Shown here: one piece after another, positions 1-16,362 of the stretch
How positions within the stretch are numbered: the stretch's first letter is position 1
Layout of the letters: every line of letters starts with the position of its first letter
From: Selaginella moellendorffii
Lineage: Eukaryota > Plantae > Lycopodiophyta
DNA: 64,000 nucleotides
Assembly (NCBI RefSeq): GCF_000143415.4
Contig: NW_003314318.1
Coordinates: 372,001 to 436,000, forward strand
Direction: 5' to 3'
Made by a program: the position numbers and the translations under genes
The notes under the pieces: model-generated
Told to the model about the DNA's origin: nothing
What the model saw: the letters and a program-made list of their open reading frames with translations, nothing else
The model's database searches: none

Positions 1-172
1 AAAGATAAAAAAACGAAATGTTTTTGTACCTTGTGGCAGCAGACTTCCTCCCATGGAACACTCCACTGCACCAAACATAAAAAAATAGAAGAAAAACACA
101 CCGAGAACCAACCAGCTGGTTAGCATTAAAAACAATGTGGTACCACACTCCCTCCTCATTTAGTATTTTTTA

Positions 173-2594
173 TCAGCCATAGCCCCGAGACACGCTGAAA
201 GGCTCCACGCGCGTCACGATGGGCTTGAAGCAACCTCGCTGTCCCTCACACACGTTTAATCCCTGCTCGCTGGCCTCTGCTGCCTCGTTGGACCTGGCCT
301 TTTTCAGCGTGCTCTTGATCAGATCTTGGAGGTTGATCTCGAGTAGAACCGGGAGAATCCTGCTCGGAGCAGCAGGCAAGTCAACCGCGGCACCATTTTT
401 CATCGCTGCATCATCGTGACTTAGTCCTCCAGCCCGCTCATTGTCCGACTTGTTGCTGGAAGTGCCAGCCGAGGAAGTAACTCGGTCACACGAGGCCTCG
501 TCTCCTGATACGTCACCGTCCAGCCGACGGCTTCCCCGAGATCTGTCGTCTTTCACGTCCCACGTTGACTCGTCCGTCTCGTCCAGGCGTGGCTTGACGT
601 TGCGCCCCTGTTGCTGTGACATTGCTGTACCAACGCGTGACAGACCAGTGTGATAGTCATCGTGATTGTTATCGTTGCCACTCGAGTTCTCTTTCTTCTC
701 GACGGGAACAGTGTCCATGGCACCCCACCTTCCATCTGGCCAGATTAAAACCGCTGGAATATTGCCAGGCAACGCTTTGAGTATCCTGGAGATAGAAAAC
801 AGTGAGCAGGTAGTTTGAACGATGACAAACACAGCGAATAAAAAATCTGGGAAAATCTGGGGGAGGAGATTGCGACAAGCCGACAACTTCACCTTAAAAT
901 AAAGCCGTCCACTACGATCTGGGGCCAAGTGGCATCAGAGCCACAATATGGACATCGCCACATTGTAGCTTCTGTTTGTTTATCAATACCAGCTGCAAGC
1001 TCCGCATTTTCCTGAAAATTATGCCATCAGCGTACGTCAGGAAACACATGTTAGCGATCGAGAATATAATCACCTTCAAGTAGCACTCCAAGTCAAAGCA
1101 AGTTAAGTGCGTGCATGAGATTCCTCGTGCAGGGACCTGGAGACAGTATCACTGTTAATTACGAAAACTCTTTCCAGGAAACTTCTATTCCATCCACCTT
1201 TAAACGCGACCCAGATAATGGGCACTGCGTAGAGACTGTAAAACAGGACATAGAATTATCGGGATATTTAAAAGAGAGGAAGACACTCTTACCGGGTACT
1301 GCAGTAGCGTCGATGCAAGGAGCAGGATTCTTTTTGAAAGAAGGTAGAATCTGTCGTTCGCGCAGAGCCCGTCGAACCTGCTCGGAAGGAATGTGATATG
1401 AATCAGGCATACAGTTCCACTCCAGGTAATTAATGTTACCAACCAGCGCATTCACTCCTTCGGACAGCACCAACTCGTTACTCAATTTCTCGTCGTTGTA
1501 AACTGCGTATTCATCGGACGAACTTGACAAGGACGGATCATCCGCTTTTCTGGCACGCTGATTGTCACTTTGCATGGGCTGCCAACAAACAAGTCGTGCT
1601 CAAACCCAAGAGAGCATTAAAGAACAGTTGTTACCATGCTCGTTTCGAGAAGAGGTAGATTGTTTCGTGGTTTTGACCGTCTCTCCAGCCATGTCCCTGC
1701 CTTTTGTCGCACTTGCTTGCACTGGTATATGCGTTCTTCGAGAATCTCCCACTGGAAAGGAGAGAAACACGCCCAGCTCTTCTCAAGTGCACTACACAGG
1801 ATGTCCACAGACTTTAGGACCTGAGAGTAAAATACATTAGAAAAAACTAACAGTATGAGTTATGTTGTTGAGAAGAAGATCTATAAAGCTTACCTCCGAG
1901 TCAGGCAGGATGTTAAGCGTTTGGCACACAAGACTACAACATATGACGGGAAGTATCGCGACTATGGCGGTAAAAAGAAAGCGTTGCAAAGCTTGCGGAG
2001 GTGGTTTGGTCCTCCTCAACATCTTCAAGAGCCAAGACGCCCACCTTGCGGGGAGCTCTCGCGAGCCTCTTTCCCACCTGCAAAGCATCCTCTCAGGCGC
2101 GTCTACTGAGCTCAAAGAGAAACGCAAAACGTTTACCTTTGCAGGATAAACATCTGAGAGACGCCAACTTTGAGATGCTGGACCAGCCTGCGGTGCCGCT
2201 CGGCGTGTCCGCGCGAGCTCTTCCGTCCAAACACTCTCTTTTGCCTCCGCAAGATCGCTCGGGCAACATCCTCAAGCGAACCGACCTCGTCATCCCACAC
2301 GCAAGTCCTTTGGCCTTTGTTTTCCAAGGCCGGCTTGCGAGAGGCAAGCTGATGGAACTTCCTCTTTTTGGCGGCGGCGCTGGGAGGAATGGAGTCCCCA
2401 GACGCTACCACCATAGCTGCCAGATTGAAGAAACTCTCGGGCTGTCCCTCGAACGACGCCAGTGGAAGCGCTCGAGCGGCATCTGGAGCATTTGCAGGGA
2501 CAATCTCCTGTAACACCCGGCCGCACGAATCCAGGACCTTTCCAGACCTGGAAACGACGTAGGACAGGCACTCTCCCAGCTGAGCGGCAGTCAT
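173..2594 (-). CDS. SP-RING (zf-MIZ) domain protein, putative SUMO E3/E4 ligase (SIZ/PIAL-related), multi-exon
   Basis: Splicing short GT-AG introns joins TQCPLSGSRLK | VPARGISCTHLTCFDLECYLK | ENAELAAGIDKQTEATMWRCPYCGSDATWPQIVVDGFILR | ILKALPGNIPAVLIWPDGRW. This is the SP-RING pattern CPxS..P.R...C.H..CFD...W.CP.C plus the downstream I..DG.W motif. ATG at 2594 (MTAAQLGECL), stop at 173. Confidence 0.8.
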
Positions 2595-2907
2595 CTCGAT
2601 TCTCGATCTACAGTAACTCCTGCAAAAAATCGATCGACATTTCGGTCGGCGCCATCGATATTTCGCCAGAATGCGCCATACCTCTCGATCGAAGCGCAAA
2701 ACCCTAGTGCTAGAAAAATCCTGTAATATTACTTTCCCCTTGGGTGACGTGGTCTCATAGAAATGCAGATAATGATCTCGATCACAATGACGTGGACGGC
2801 CAGTAAACCGCCACGTTAGCAAGAATATCAGCCGTCCGATCAGATCAATCAAGCAAAAAAACTTTAGCAAAGAATAAATACATTGGTAAGGTTGGCCCGA
2901 TTTTTCG

Positions 2908-5900
2908 CTAAGCCCAACGTCGCTTCCTCGCCGGTCTCTCGTGCTTAAACTCCGACGTATCGGCCTGGATGGAAGCTTTGTCGTTGGTTTTCTTCGTCTT
3001 CTCGGCGGAGCTATCGGGCTTTTGCGACTGGAACCTCTCGCGCCTCTTCGCGAATGGATCCACTTCTTGCTTGGGCTTCTCTCCACTGCTCGCTGCCGAT
3101 GATCCAGCCAGAGTCGTCGCGGATCCTTTCACTGGATCCTGGGACCTGGCAGCAACCTTCCCAAGTTTCTCTTCCTGATCATCGATCGTCGGCCTTTCCC
3201 TGTTAAGCCTCTCCATCTTGGACCTGCCTTTCCTGTGCTTATCATCGTCATCCCCCTCGTCGGAGTAGTAACTGTCATCTCCTCCCCGGCCGCCGTGATG
3301 AGCTTCGCTCCTGGAAGATCGCTTCTTCTCGTGTGCCACCGTTGTCACCGCCGCGGCTGCCTCGTCCTCGGTGGTCTCTCTGGCTTGCACCTGTAAAAAA
3401 TCCATCAATCAAACCAACACCCTCGGCTAAGTCTCCGGTTTCATCAGTTCATCTGAGCTTGAAAGAGTCACGATTAGAGACGAAAGGCAGAAACGCCAGT
3501 CACGTAAACATATATGAGCCTGCCTAGCCGTATGAAAAAAAAAGGAGAGAAGAAAGCTGCCTGCCTGCCTAGCATGATCAAAATGCATCATATGTACATA
3601 CACAGGCAGTCAGCTAGAAAACGAAATCGCAAAAGTATATAACCGACGATGCCAAGGGGGAGATCAGCTTCATGCAGGCGATACGAGTACCTTCTCTGCA
3701 TGGACACTTTTCTGATAATCATCAGTCTTCCGCTTCTTCCTCTCCTTTTCATCCAAGTAGTCGGAAGTCGAGCCATTTCGCCTGCTGCTATCGTCCCTGC
3801 CTCTGCTGCTCCATCCATACTTGTCTCTGTACACCCGCTCTTCCTCCTTGTATCTATCATCCGAGTGTTCTCGTCCGCCACGAGAGCTTCCACCGCGGTG
3901 GTCGTACGAGTACTCTTCCTCGTCGCGATAGTCTTTCCGATCAGAGTGCTTACTTCTCCGGCGCAGATACTCGTCTTCCTCTTCATAACCATGGCGTCTG
4001 CTCCGATCCGAGTACCTGTCTTCTTCTCTGTCCCTCCTCTCGTAGCCGTCGTCGTAAGCAGACCTTCGCTTCTGAGGGTCATCCCGGTCTCTGTCCCGTT
4101 TCCAGGACTCCTCCCTGTCCTTCCGGGGATGGTACTCCTCTGCCTTGTCTCTTTTCCGTCCTTCGTCTTCCCTTCTGCTGCTGCGCGAGACATCTTCCTC
4201 CTTCCCTCTCGACCTTCGAGCTTCCTCTTCCTTCCACCTCACGTCGTCCCGTTCTCGATAAGATTTTTTTGCCCAGTCCTCATCCTTCCGTTGATCTTTT
4301 TCCCCTCGCTCCGATCTTTTGTACTTGTCGTCGCTGGCAGCTTTCGCCTGCCATGAGTGCCGGTCTCCTTCGCCATTATTTTCCTTGCGACTTCGATGCC
4401 TGGACTTGTGATCTTCGTCATCACTGTAGCTGGACCTCTCGACCTCACTCGGTTTTTTGTGCCCCTCCTTTTGTGAACGTGAATCGGAGTATCTCCGTCC
4501 CTGGTCATGTTTGTCCTCAGAAAGAGGTTTCTTGTGCTCATCAGACTTCTCTTCGTCCTCAGTCTTCGCCTGATCTCGACTGCCTCTCGAACGTCTGTCA
4601 TCCTTCGCATCCCTGCTATCTGCATGCTTGCGGTCGTCTTTGACAGCAACACTGCCACTGCTATGTTCGTCATCTAGTCCCGCGCGCCCCTGCGAACTTC
4701 TGTTTGATGCTCTCCTGAAACCAGTAAAAGGTGCTCTCAGACCTTGATTACAAACAGAAAACTAAGCCTACCTTGGCTCATTAAAATCATTAGGAGCACC
4801 AACTGAAAATCCTTCTGGCCGCATCTGCAATGGGAGTGGAGGCATTCCAGGCTCGTAGAATGGCGGCCTCATGACTCCGCCCCTGCACAATCATGTTTTA
4901 AAGATCAGAAAACGTAACGTAAAAGCGCACCTGCCACCAAAGCCCCCCGGAAACATTCGATGGTATGGACCTCGCGGTCTTCCCATTGGAAAAAAAGGAG
5001 GAACTTCTGCATCCATATACGGGTTTCTTCCCAACAGAGGCCCTGCCCGCGGGTCTGGCCCATCTTGTTCATGGCCCATGTCGTAATCACTCTCACCCAT
5101 GTCCATTCGATCAAGAAAAGGCACGGGGGTCTCCACTTCTACGTCTTTCAAGACTATCTGCAAAGTCACAAATTAGCCTGAATAATCCTGCCGAAAACAC
5201 TCACCTCTATAATATCACTAGAGTCACGATTTCTGCCACGCCTAAGATCGTAGGATGGTCGCCTCTCTCCTACTCCACCTTCCACTTGAATTGCACGACC
5301 AATTGGCTGTTTCAACGATGTTAAAAAAAATTCGCGTAGAAAGAATGTATTCACCTGTTCCGAACGACCACTTTCATAAACACTGATTTTGCTTTGCATC
5401 GTAGCCTCCAGTCGAAGTTGACTCTGCAGTCAACCTTGAGATAAAAATGCGAGGAGAATTATAGCATACCAGTTGCTGACAATATTGCCTCCATGAATTC
5501 TCATTGAAGCCAAAATTGAAGTAGTCAGTGATATCCGCAGTAACATTCCTCCATGGTTTATCGTCCATAGCATCCAAGTCCATATCAAAAACAGTCCTGG
5601 ACATTCCGGGAAAGAAAGAAGCTTACACATTAGACGTACTTTTTAGCTTACTTGGTTGGGGGAAGATGAAACTCTGTATGCGGATAGCCACTAGGACCAG
5701 ACCAAGGCCTTGACGGACCAGAACCAAGAAGCGGAGGTCCCTTTCCAGGACCCCAAGGACCCGGAGGAAAAGTTCCTCTTCCCAGTCCCGGACCAGGGGC
5801 ACTGTTCATGGCAGGACCAGACATTGGAGCTCGCACATACTGCAGTTCAATGGCGCATCACAATCAGGGTTGCTAACCAAACAAAAGAAAAGAAAAAAAC

Positions 5901-6504
5901 GAGGTACCTTGAACTGTGCATGATGCATAAACTTCCCGGGCGGGCGCAGAGGACCACCAGGATTTACCACAGGTGGCCTAGCAGCACCAACTTGATCGCC
6001 AGGCAGCAAACCAGGAGGCAAAATCCCAGGAGGACCTCCCAGAGGAACTCCGAGAGGCGGCTGCGACGGTGGAACTTGATCCGACTGAGTGGATTGCTCG
6101 TCCAACCAGGGCTGGTTTGCGGTCGGTACTTCTTCCGCTTCCTCATTGCTCTCACCCAGGGCTGGAGCCTCGGCCTCTGGAGGAGCGCGCTTGACATTGT
6201 TGAGCACAATCTGGAGATCATCGTCACTGTCGCTCTCGGACCCCTCGGCAGCATTTCTTCCGGACTCGTCGTCCGAGAATTCTTCGCCCCGATTACCAGC
6301 TCCTTTGGCCGACCCATTGTTTAAAGAACCTCCAGCGGCGGCCCTGGCGCTATCATCCCCGCCAAAGCCAGGATAATCGTCCTCGTCCTCCTCTTCCAAG
6401 CTGAATCCAGGCGCTGGAGCTGCCGCTGGAGCGCGCGGGGCCTCGGCGTCGCCGCTCCCGCCCAATCCAGCATAGAGATCTCCAAAATCGTCGTCTTCGT
6501 CCAT
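2908..6504 (-). CDS. FIP1: Pre-mRNA polyadenylation factor Fip1-like protein (FIP1[V]-like), multi-exon
   Basis: Fip1 core motif RTVFDMDLDAMDDKPWRNVTADITDYFNFGFNENSWRQYCQQL (5470-5600). Acidic N-terminus MDEDDDFGDLY, DSDDDLQIVLN motif, Pro/Gly-rich linker, long RD/RE-rich C-terminus ending RKRRWA. Confidence 0.9.
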
Positions 6505-6666
6505 AGCCCCGGACCCGAGAACACCCGCTGCTGTGCTCACCGCCTAGATTCTACTCCCTAGTCCCATTCTCATACCGGATTCCAGGCCCGGAGGATCGCA
6601 GACGCGCCATGCACAGATTCGCCCCTCGCCCCAAAAACCCTAACCCGAGAAACCCTAGAAATAAAT

Positions 6667-8541
6667 CTAAGAGGCTAAAGATTTTCTCAAGCACATCCAA
6701 TCGATAGAATCGGGTACAAAGGGCATGGTTTCCATGAGCTCTCGCGCGTGAGAGAAGTAGCGAGCTTGACAAAGCACATTAATCATGGCTGAGAAGTGGA
6801 TCTTCGTGGATTCGATGTTAAAATCCGAGAGCATGGAATGGAAGAAGCTCCGAGCTGTAAAGACACTGCCACACGCCGCAAGAATGTTTGCGAAGGACGT
6901 CTTGTCTGGTGTTTCTGTAAAGATCATCTCATGGAAGAGATCAAACGCGTGTTGTGGATTCGAAGTCTGGGATAAACCCGCCAGAATCGCATTCCACGAG
7001 ATTAAATCGCGTTCCGGCATGGAATCAAAGAGCTTTCTTGCTAGAAGAATTTGACCATTCTGGCAATGTGCGGAGATCAAGGCGTTCCACAAGACAATGC
7101 TCTTCTCCAAAGATTGATCAAATAAATTTCTAGCCTCTTCCAACTTCCTGTTTTGTGCCAAAACCTTTATCATCAAACTGTAAGAAAACATGTTCCATTC
7201 TGGCATGCTGACAAATATACTCTTTGATTGATCAAAATGCCCGGATTGGGCATATGCTGTAAGTAAGCTTGTCCAAGAGACAATGTCGTGTTTTTTGAAG
7301 GAATCAAAAAGATACTTACATTCTTCTAAATAATAGTTCTGAGCACAAGCACCTAGCATTGCATTAAACGAAATAACATTGATTTCTCTTAATCCAGAGA
7401 AGATTTCTAGCGCTTCTATTATATGCCCAGTTCGGGCATACGCCGAGAACATTATCGTCGATGCAACAGCATCATCCTCTTGCCGCGAACAGTAAAGATG
7501 CTTCAACTCGTTTAGATCTCCGTGTCGTGATAACGCACCTAGCATCAAGTTCCAAGAGAGTGAATCCCTCTCGGGCATTTGATCAAACAGAGATTTCACA
7601 CTCCAGAGCTCCCGATCTCTGGGGGCAAATGCAGAAAGCAGCGAATTCCAAGATACAAGATTCCTAACCTCCATCGCATCAAAGATCTCCTTTGCTCGCT
7701 TCGAATCGCCGTCCCGAGCGTGTGAATTCAGCATCGCAGTGGAAGAAATCACATCAAACTCTGGCATCGCCCGGCCGAAGAACTCTCGCGCTATCCTAGT
7801 TTTAAATTTGGAATATACCGTTAGCATCGCGGTCCAAGAGACGAGATCCCACATTGGCATGGAATCAAAGAGAGCTTTGGCTTCGCAAATATGCCCGTTC
7901 TCGGCATATGCTATTAACACAGTGGCCGAGGAAGCAAGATCTTTCTGCGGCATAGATTGAAACACGTCACGCAATCCGGGAATGTCACCAATCCGACGGT
8001 AGAGATCAAGCAGAATTGTCCAGGAGATGTAGTTCCACCCTGGCATAGAATCAAAAAGATTCTTTGTCTCGACAAGATGCCCGGTCCGGGAATATGCCCG
8101 GAGCATCGTCGTCCAGGTGATTATGTCCCTCTCGGGCATTCTGTCGAAGAAATCTTTCGCTTGCTGCGTAGAGCCATTTTGCGCCAAAGCATCCAGCATT
8201 GCCGTCATGGAGAAGAGGGTTTTGTGGGGCAAGGATTCGAACACGGTACTGGCCTTGTCAAGATGGCCGGCCCGGGCATATGCCGCGAGCATGAAAACCC
8301 TAGAGAAGGAGTTCTTGGCGCCGTCGGGAATCGCCGCGAAGATCCTCGCCGCGTCGCCAATGCTGCCGATGCGGCCATACATCTGGAGCAGCAAATTCGA
8401 GAGGTAGAGATCGCGATTGGGAATGAGAGACTCGATTCTCCGTGCTGATGCTAGGGTCTTGCAGTTTTTGATGAGGCGAATGGATTCCTCCCTGGTAATC
8501 GCGGCGGGGTTGATCGAGACGAGCGATCCAGGCAACGGCAT
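6667..8541 (-). CDS. PLS-class pentatricopeptide repeat protein, rich in short S/SS-type motifs, ending within the E1 motif (no DYW)
   Basis: Intronless 624-aa ORF with about 15 repeats of the type xWTxMLxAYAxxGHxxxAKxxFDxMPxRD. C-terminal HFSAMINVLCQARYFSHARELMETMPFVPD. Confidence 0.9.
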   Translation of the reverse strand: MPLPGSLVSINPAAITREESIRLIKNCKTLASARRIESLIPNRDLYLSNLLLQMYGRIGSIGDAARIFAAIPDGAKNSFSRVFMLAAYARAGHLDKASTVFESLPHKTLFSMTAMLDALAQNGSTQQAKDFFDRMPERDIITWTTMLRAYSRTGHLVETKNLFDSMPGWNYISWTILLDLYRRIGDIPGLRDVFQSMPQKDLASSATVLIAYAENGHICEAKALFDSMPMWDLVSWTAMLTVYSKFKTRIAREFFGRAMPEFDVISSTAMLNSHARDGDSKRAKEIFDAMEVRNLVSWNSLLSAFAPRDRELWSVKSLFDQMPERDSLSWNLMLGALSRHGDLNELKHLYCSRQEDDAVASTIMFSAYARTGHIIEALEIFSGLREINVISFNAMLGACAQNYYLEECKYLFDSFKKHDIVSWTSLLTAYAQSGHFDQSKSIFVSMPEWNMFSYSLMIKVLAQNRKLEEARNLFDQSLEKSIVLWNALISAHCQNGQILLARKLFDSMPERDLISWNAILAGLSQTSNPQHAFDLFHEMIFTETPDKTSFANILAACGSVFTARSFFHSMLSDFNIESTKIHFSAMINVLCQARYFSHARELMETMPFVPDSIDWMCLRKSLAS

Positions 8542-8624
8542 TTTCTCCCTCCATTTAACAAGGGCCGCAAGGAAGCTTAGCCCTAGAACAGAGCTTTCTT
8601 CCTTGCCCTAAGCAGGAGGGCGCG

Positions 8625-12688
<4,064 letters not shown>

Positions 12689-13010
12689 CTTGGGCGCCTT
12701 ATTTTGACCGGGTCTGTATTTCCCGGGAGTCGAACCAGATACCTCCTATAGTCTTGGAATTCTTTGTATTCCCAGGAATCGATCCTAAAACCTATCCATT
12801 CTTGGTCAATCAGGGTTTAGATTCGCGGAGCTCGCGAGTGGGAGGAGGCAGCGATTGCCTCGCCCTTCTTTCGGCAGCGGAGGAAGATCGTCTGATCGTC
12901 GGCAGCAGGAGGAATCCCTAGCTCTCTTTCTCGCGTTCTTGCCGGATTTGGTGCGCCAGGGGCGCGGATTAGTGGAGTGTGTGTGGAAATTTGTATGGAA
13001 GGTTGGATGT

Positions 13011-14482
13011 ATGGCGACCAAGGCGATCTCCTGCTCTATCTCCCGCTCCGTCTCGCCGATCTCCGTCCTGGCCAAGGCGGTGATCGCGCTGAGTCTGGAG
13101 CGGTCGGGAGGAAGAGCGGCGGGATTTCTTTCGGACGGCTTCGAGCCGGATACGTGCTGGAGGGGGGATTCTCCGGAATTTCTTGCGCGCCGCGAGTTTC
13201 TTCCTAAGCCCCGGGCTTCTTGCAGCGTCAGCGCATTCCAGGCCAGATCCGTCGTCAACAAGTATGTCCTTCCCGGATTCTTGCAGACGATGAAATGGCT
13301 GCCTTGCAACGAATTGCTGCGGTCTTCCAGCGATGACAAGAAGAAATCCTCTTCTTCCGCGAGGAAATTTCCCTGGGATGGAGGTACTGCTGATAATCTC
13401 GCAAAACATGCGGATGGGCGACGGTCCCTGGCATGGATGCGGCAATGGATGAAATTCGCGAGCGAAGATGGCAAGGATATCTTCGCGGCGGCAACGGTGT
13501 CAGTCATGTTTAAATGGCTGGTGGCCGAGCCCCGATTCATCCCGTCCGCCTCTATGTTCCCAACGCTGGAGATTGGCGATTGCATCTTCGCAGAAAAGGT
13601 AAGAGAGTTCCAAAGTTTTCGCCTTCTTCGTGTCCTTCGCTGACCTTTTTTCTCTCGTTTTTTATGCATCGTGTAGGTTTCTTACTACTTCAAGAAGCCA
13701 AACGTGAACGACATTGTGATTTTCAAGCCTCCGGAAGCCATGCAAGTGAGTAACACTCCTCCTTTTCCTTTCATCCAATCAAAGCTTTACAGAGATTTGG
13801 GGAATAGGATAGACAACGATGGAACTTTGTTTTCTTACGTGGTTCTTTTTGTGTAGGAGCGAGGCTACAGTTCCAGCGAGGTGTTCATCAAGCGTGTCGT
13901 TGCGGTGGAGGGTGACGTTGTTGAGGTCGGCTCAAGTTTTGCTTTGTCTTTCCTACCCTCCGCAACTGATAACCAAGTTCCCGTTTTGCAGGCTCGTGAT
14001 GGCAAGCTTGTTATCAACGGTGGTGCCAAAGACGAGGATTTCATCGCGGAACCTCTGAGCTATGACCTGGAGCCAATCGTGAGTTCGCCTGTCACGTCCT
14101 CTTGGTCGCTCTCTCAATTCACTCGTCCCACGTTTTTGTTTGCTTGCCCGCAGCCTGTTCCACAGGGATCAGTCTTCGTACTGGGTGATAACCGCAACAG
14201 GAGTGACGACTCACACATTTGGTGAGGAATCCTTTCAAGCTTTTGCTCCCAGCTCTACCTAAAGCTTCTTATCCTTTCAGGGGTCCACTTCCGATTAATC
14301 ATATCCTTGGCCGATTGGTTCTCCGCTACTGGCCTCCCAGTCCTCCCGGGGCAGCGGCCAAGTCCTCGTTTGGCGCGGAAGTTCCAGCAACTTTGCAGAC
14401 GCTAATCGAGAAGGGGAGCCAGCTACTGACTTTCGGGACTCCGCAGCAGCAGCAGCACAAGCTCCTCCTCCACAACTCGTGA
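13011..14482 (+). CDS. Thylakoidal processing peptidase / signal peptidase I (S26A), 6 exons
   Basis: Transit-peptide-like N-terminus MATKAISCSISRS and KWLPCNE motif. Catalytic Ser box AEPRFIPSASMFPTLEIGD, Lys box [33 protein letters not shown], RYWPP. Confidence 0.93.
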
Positions 14483-14839
14483 AGAAAAACAAGAACTTTA
14501 AGTGATCCTGTCGCTGGCGTTTCTCGATATCTCTTCTGGCTACGACGATTTATTTTCTTTTCTTCGGCGGATAAGGCTCGCAGGCTCGTATTCGATCGGT
14601 AGTGCTCGCAAGCTGTCAAGGCTCTGATCGGATTTCCAGAAAAGGGATTTTATCTCCTGGACAGCGTTGAAAGGTGCGTAAGCTTATGGATCGATCGAAA
14701 CGGCGATAAGAGAAACACTGAGGAGAGAGAAAAAAAGAGAGATAATTCTCTCCTCTTACTATATGGTTTTGCTTCTACCAAAAAAACCACCAAGAACACA
14801 CTTGTTTTCTTCTATATGTGTGCTTTCGAAGTTTCTATC

Positions 14840-15914
14840 TTAAGTCGCGACTGTCACGAGCTGGTGAGTTTCCTGGCGGATCATCCCGGCCTCGGCCAGC
14901 AGCGTCGCAAGGCCGGGCGATTTCTTGGATCTCGGATCGGAGCTCGCGGGCCTTTTCGATCGATCGATCTCGTCACTGGAGAAGCTGTTCTTCCAGTCGG
15001 ATTGTTGTCTCGAGGGAGCTGGAGTTGGAGTTGGCGTTGGAAGAGGATTGGTTGTTCTCCGGTATGGCGAGAACCACTTCGCGGTGAGGTAGTCGGGTCT
15101 CCGCCAGGGAGGGAGCGTGAGACTTTGCGCCTTGAGCGAGCGTTTCATTGCGAGGGAGATGAGGTGGAGGAATTTGTGGAGCTCGTCCTCGGAGCCCACG
15201 AACACTGGCGGGATCTCGGCGAGGATCGCTTGGTATTCGTCGCTGGGGCGTGCGATCACGAACTGGGAGCTAAAATCTGTGTCGATGATCACTCGCTTGG
15301 AGCCGGCGTCGAGGAGGACGTCAATGTAGGCGTACGCTCCTGGAAGAGAGGAGAGAATCACGCTGTGAGAACGCGAAAGGATAGAAATAGTTTGTAACCG
15401 ACCTTTGGAGATTCCTTTCGATTGGCTCCAGCGCGATTTGCAAACGGCAGCATTGTATCCCATCGATCGGAGGTTCGCGGCGGTGCATCGCAAGCGCTGC
15501 TGCTCCGGATTCTCCGCCTCGGGCGTCACGATCTTCCCGGCACGATCCTTGGATCGCTCGACGTCGGCGGCGAGTTTCTGGAGATCGCCACTGCAAGAAG
15601 ATCTCTGGAAGGAGAAGAAGAATTTCCGATATGAGAGGAGCGCAACTGCGATCAATCGATCTGTGCTTGCTTACCTGATGCAGAAGGAAATCTCGCAGCT
15701 CGTCGGCGAGATCTTGCGATTTGGCACTAGCATTAACTGGAGAGGGATCGCCGTTACAGCAACCGCTCAAGCGGCACTCCTCCTCCATGAAATCGTTCAC
15801 CATCTCCTCCAAGAAGAGGGAGCTGGCCATCGCTTCGTGCTCGCTGCCGCTGCTATAGCAATCGCTCTCGAAATTTCGCTCATTACGATCGGAATGCCAA
15901 AGAATCCCTGGCAT
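14840..15914 (-). CDS. DUF506 (plant PDDEXK-like) family protein, 3 exons
   Basis: LRSMGYNAAVCKSRW, YAYIDV, RVIIDTDFSSQFVIARPSDEY, VFVG, AMKRSLKAQSLTLPPWRRPDYLTAKWFSPYRRT, plus N-terminal SSGSEH..L.EMVNDFME. Confidence 0.9.
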
Positions 15915-16254
15915 GGCCACGATCTAGAAACGAAAACGCCAAGAATGGAAAGAAGAGGATCGAGAAGAAGAGAAACGCGAAGAAGATCGAGCGATCTATG
16001 CTCTAGGCATGGAGAAAAATCTAGACCAGATGCAGAGAGACTAAGGAGAGATTATATAAGCGGTGGAGAGAAATGATCCCGTCGATCTCGTATGTAGACA
16101 ACGCAACGCCACGCAAGAGGACAAGAAATCGATCGTAGGCACACACGGCCGCTGTGCGCCGCGGTCAGCATCCTCATCCATCCCCAAGCACACTTATCCG
16201 TCTAAAAAGCCCTAGAAAATTATTTCCTTGTCAGGTTTCGACACGAGTGCCAAT

Positions 16255-16314
16255 GACGTGTCACCACGTGTCACAAATAGCCACGTCTGTGACACTTGGC
16301 GTTTGCCACGCGTC
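16255..16314. promoter_or_regulatory. Cluster of ACGT-core ABRE/G-box-like motifs upstream of the DUF506 gene
   Basis: TGACGTGTC, CACGTGTC, GCCACGT and GCCACGCGT lie within 60 bp, about 200 bp upstream of a TATATAA at ~16050 on the minus strand. Confidence 0.45.
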
Positions 16315-16362
16315 GTGAATTGGGGCCCGGTGGAAGAACCCTAAAATTTGAAGAGCAAATTT

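Noticed and set aside
3649-4643. Hydrophobic 235-aa and 323-aa plus-strand ORFs
   Set aside because: Antisense shadows of the R/D/E-rich FIP1 exon.
8556-8624. Upstream in-frame extension giving AlaRS an organellar presequence
   Set aside because: In-frame TAA at 8556-8558 and no upstream ATG; would need a non-AUG start or an extra exon for which I have no evidence.
12806-13669. 287-aa minus-strand ORF, and similar antisense ORFs over the PPR, HDAC and OVATE genes
   Set aside because: Antisense to recognisable GC-rich exons, with no motifs of their own.
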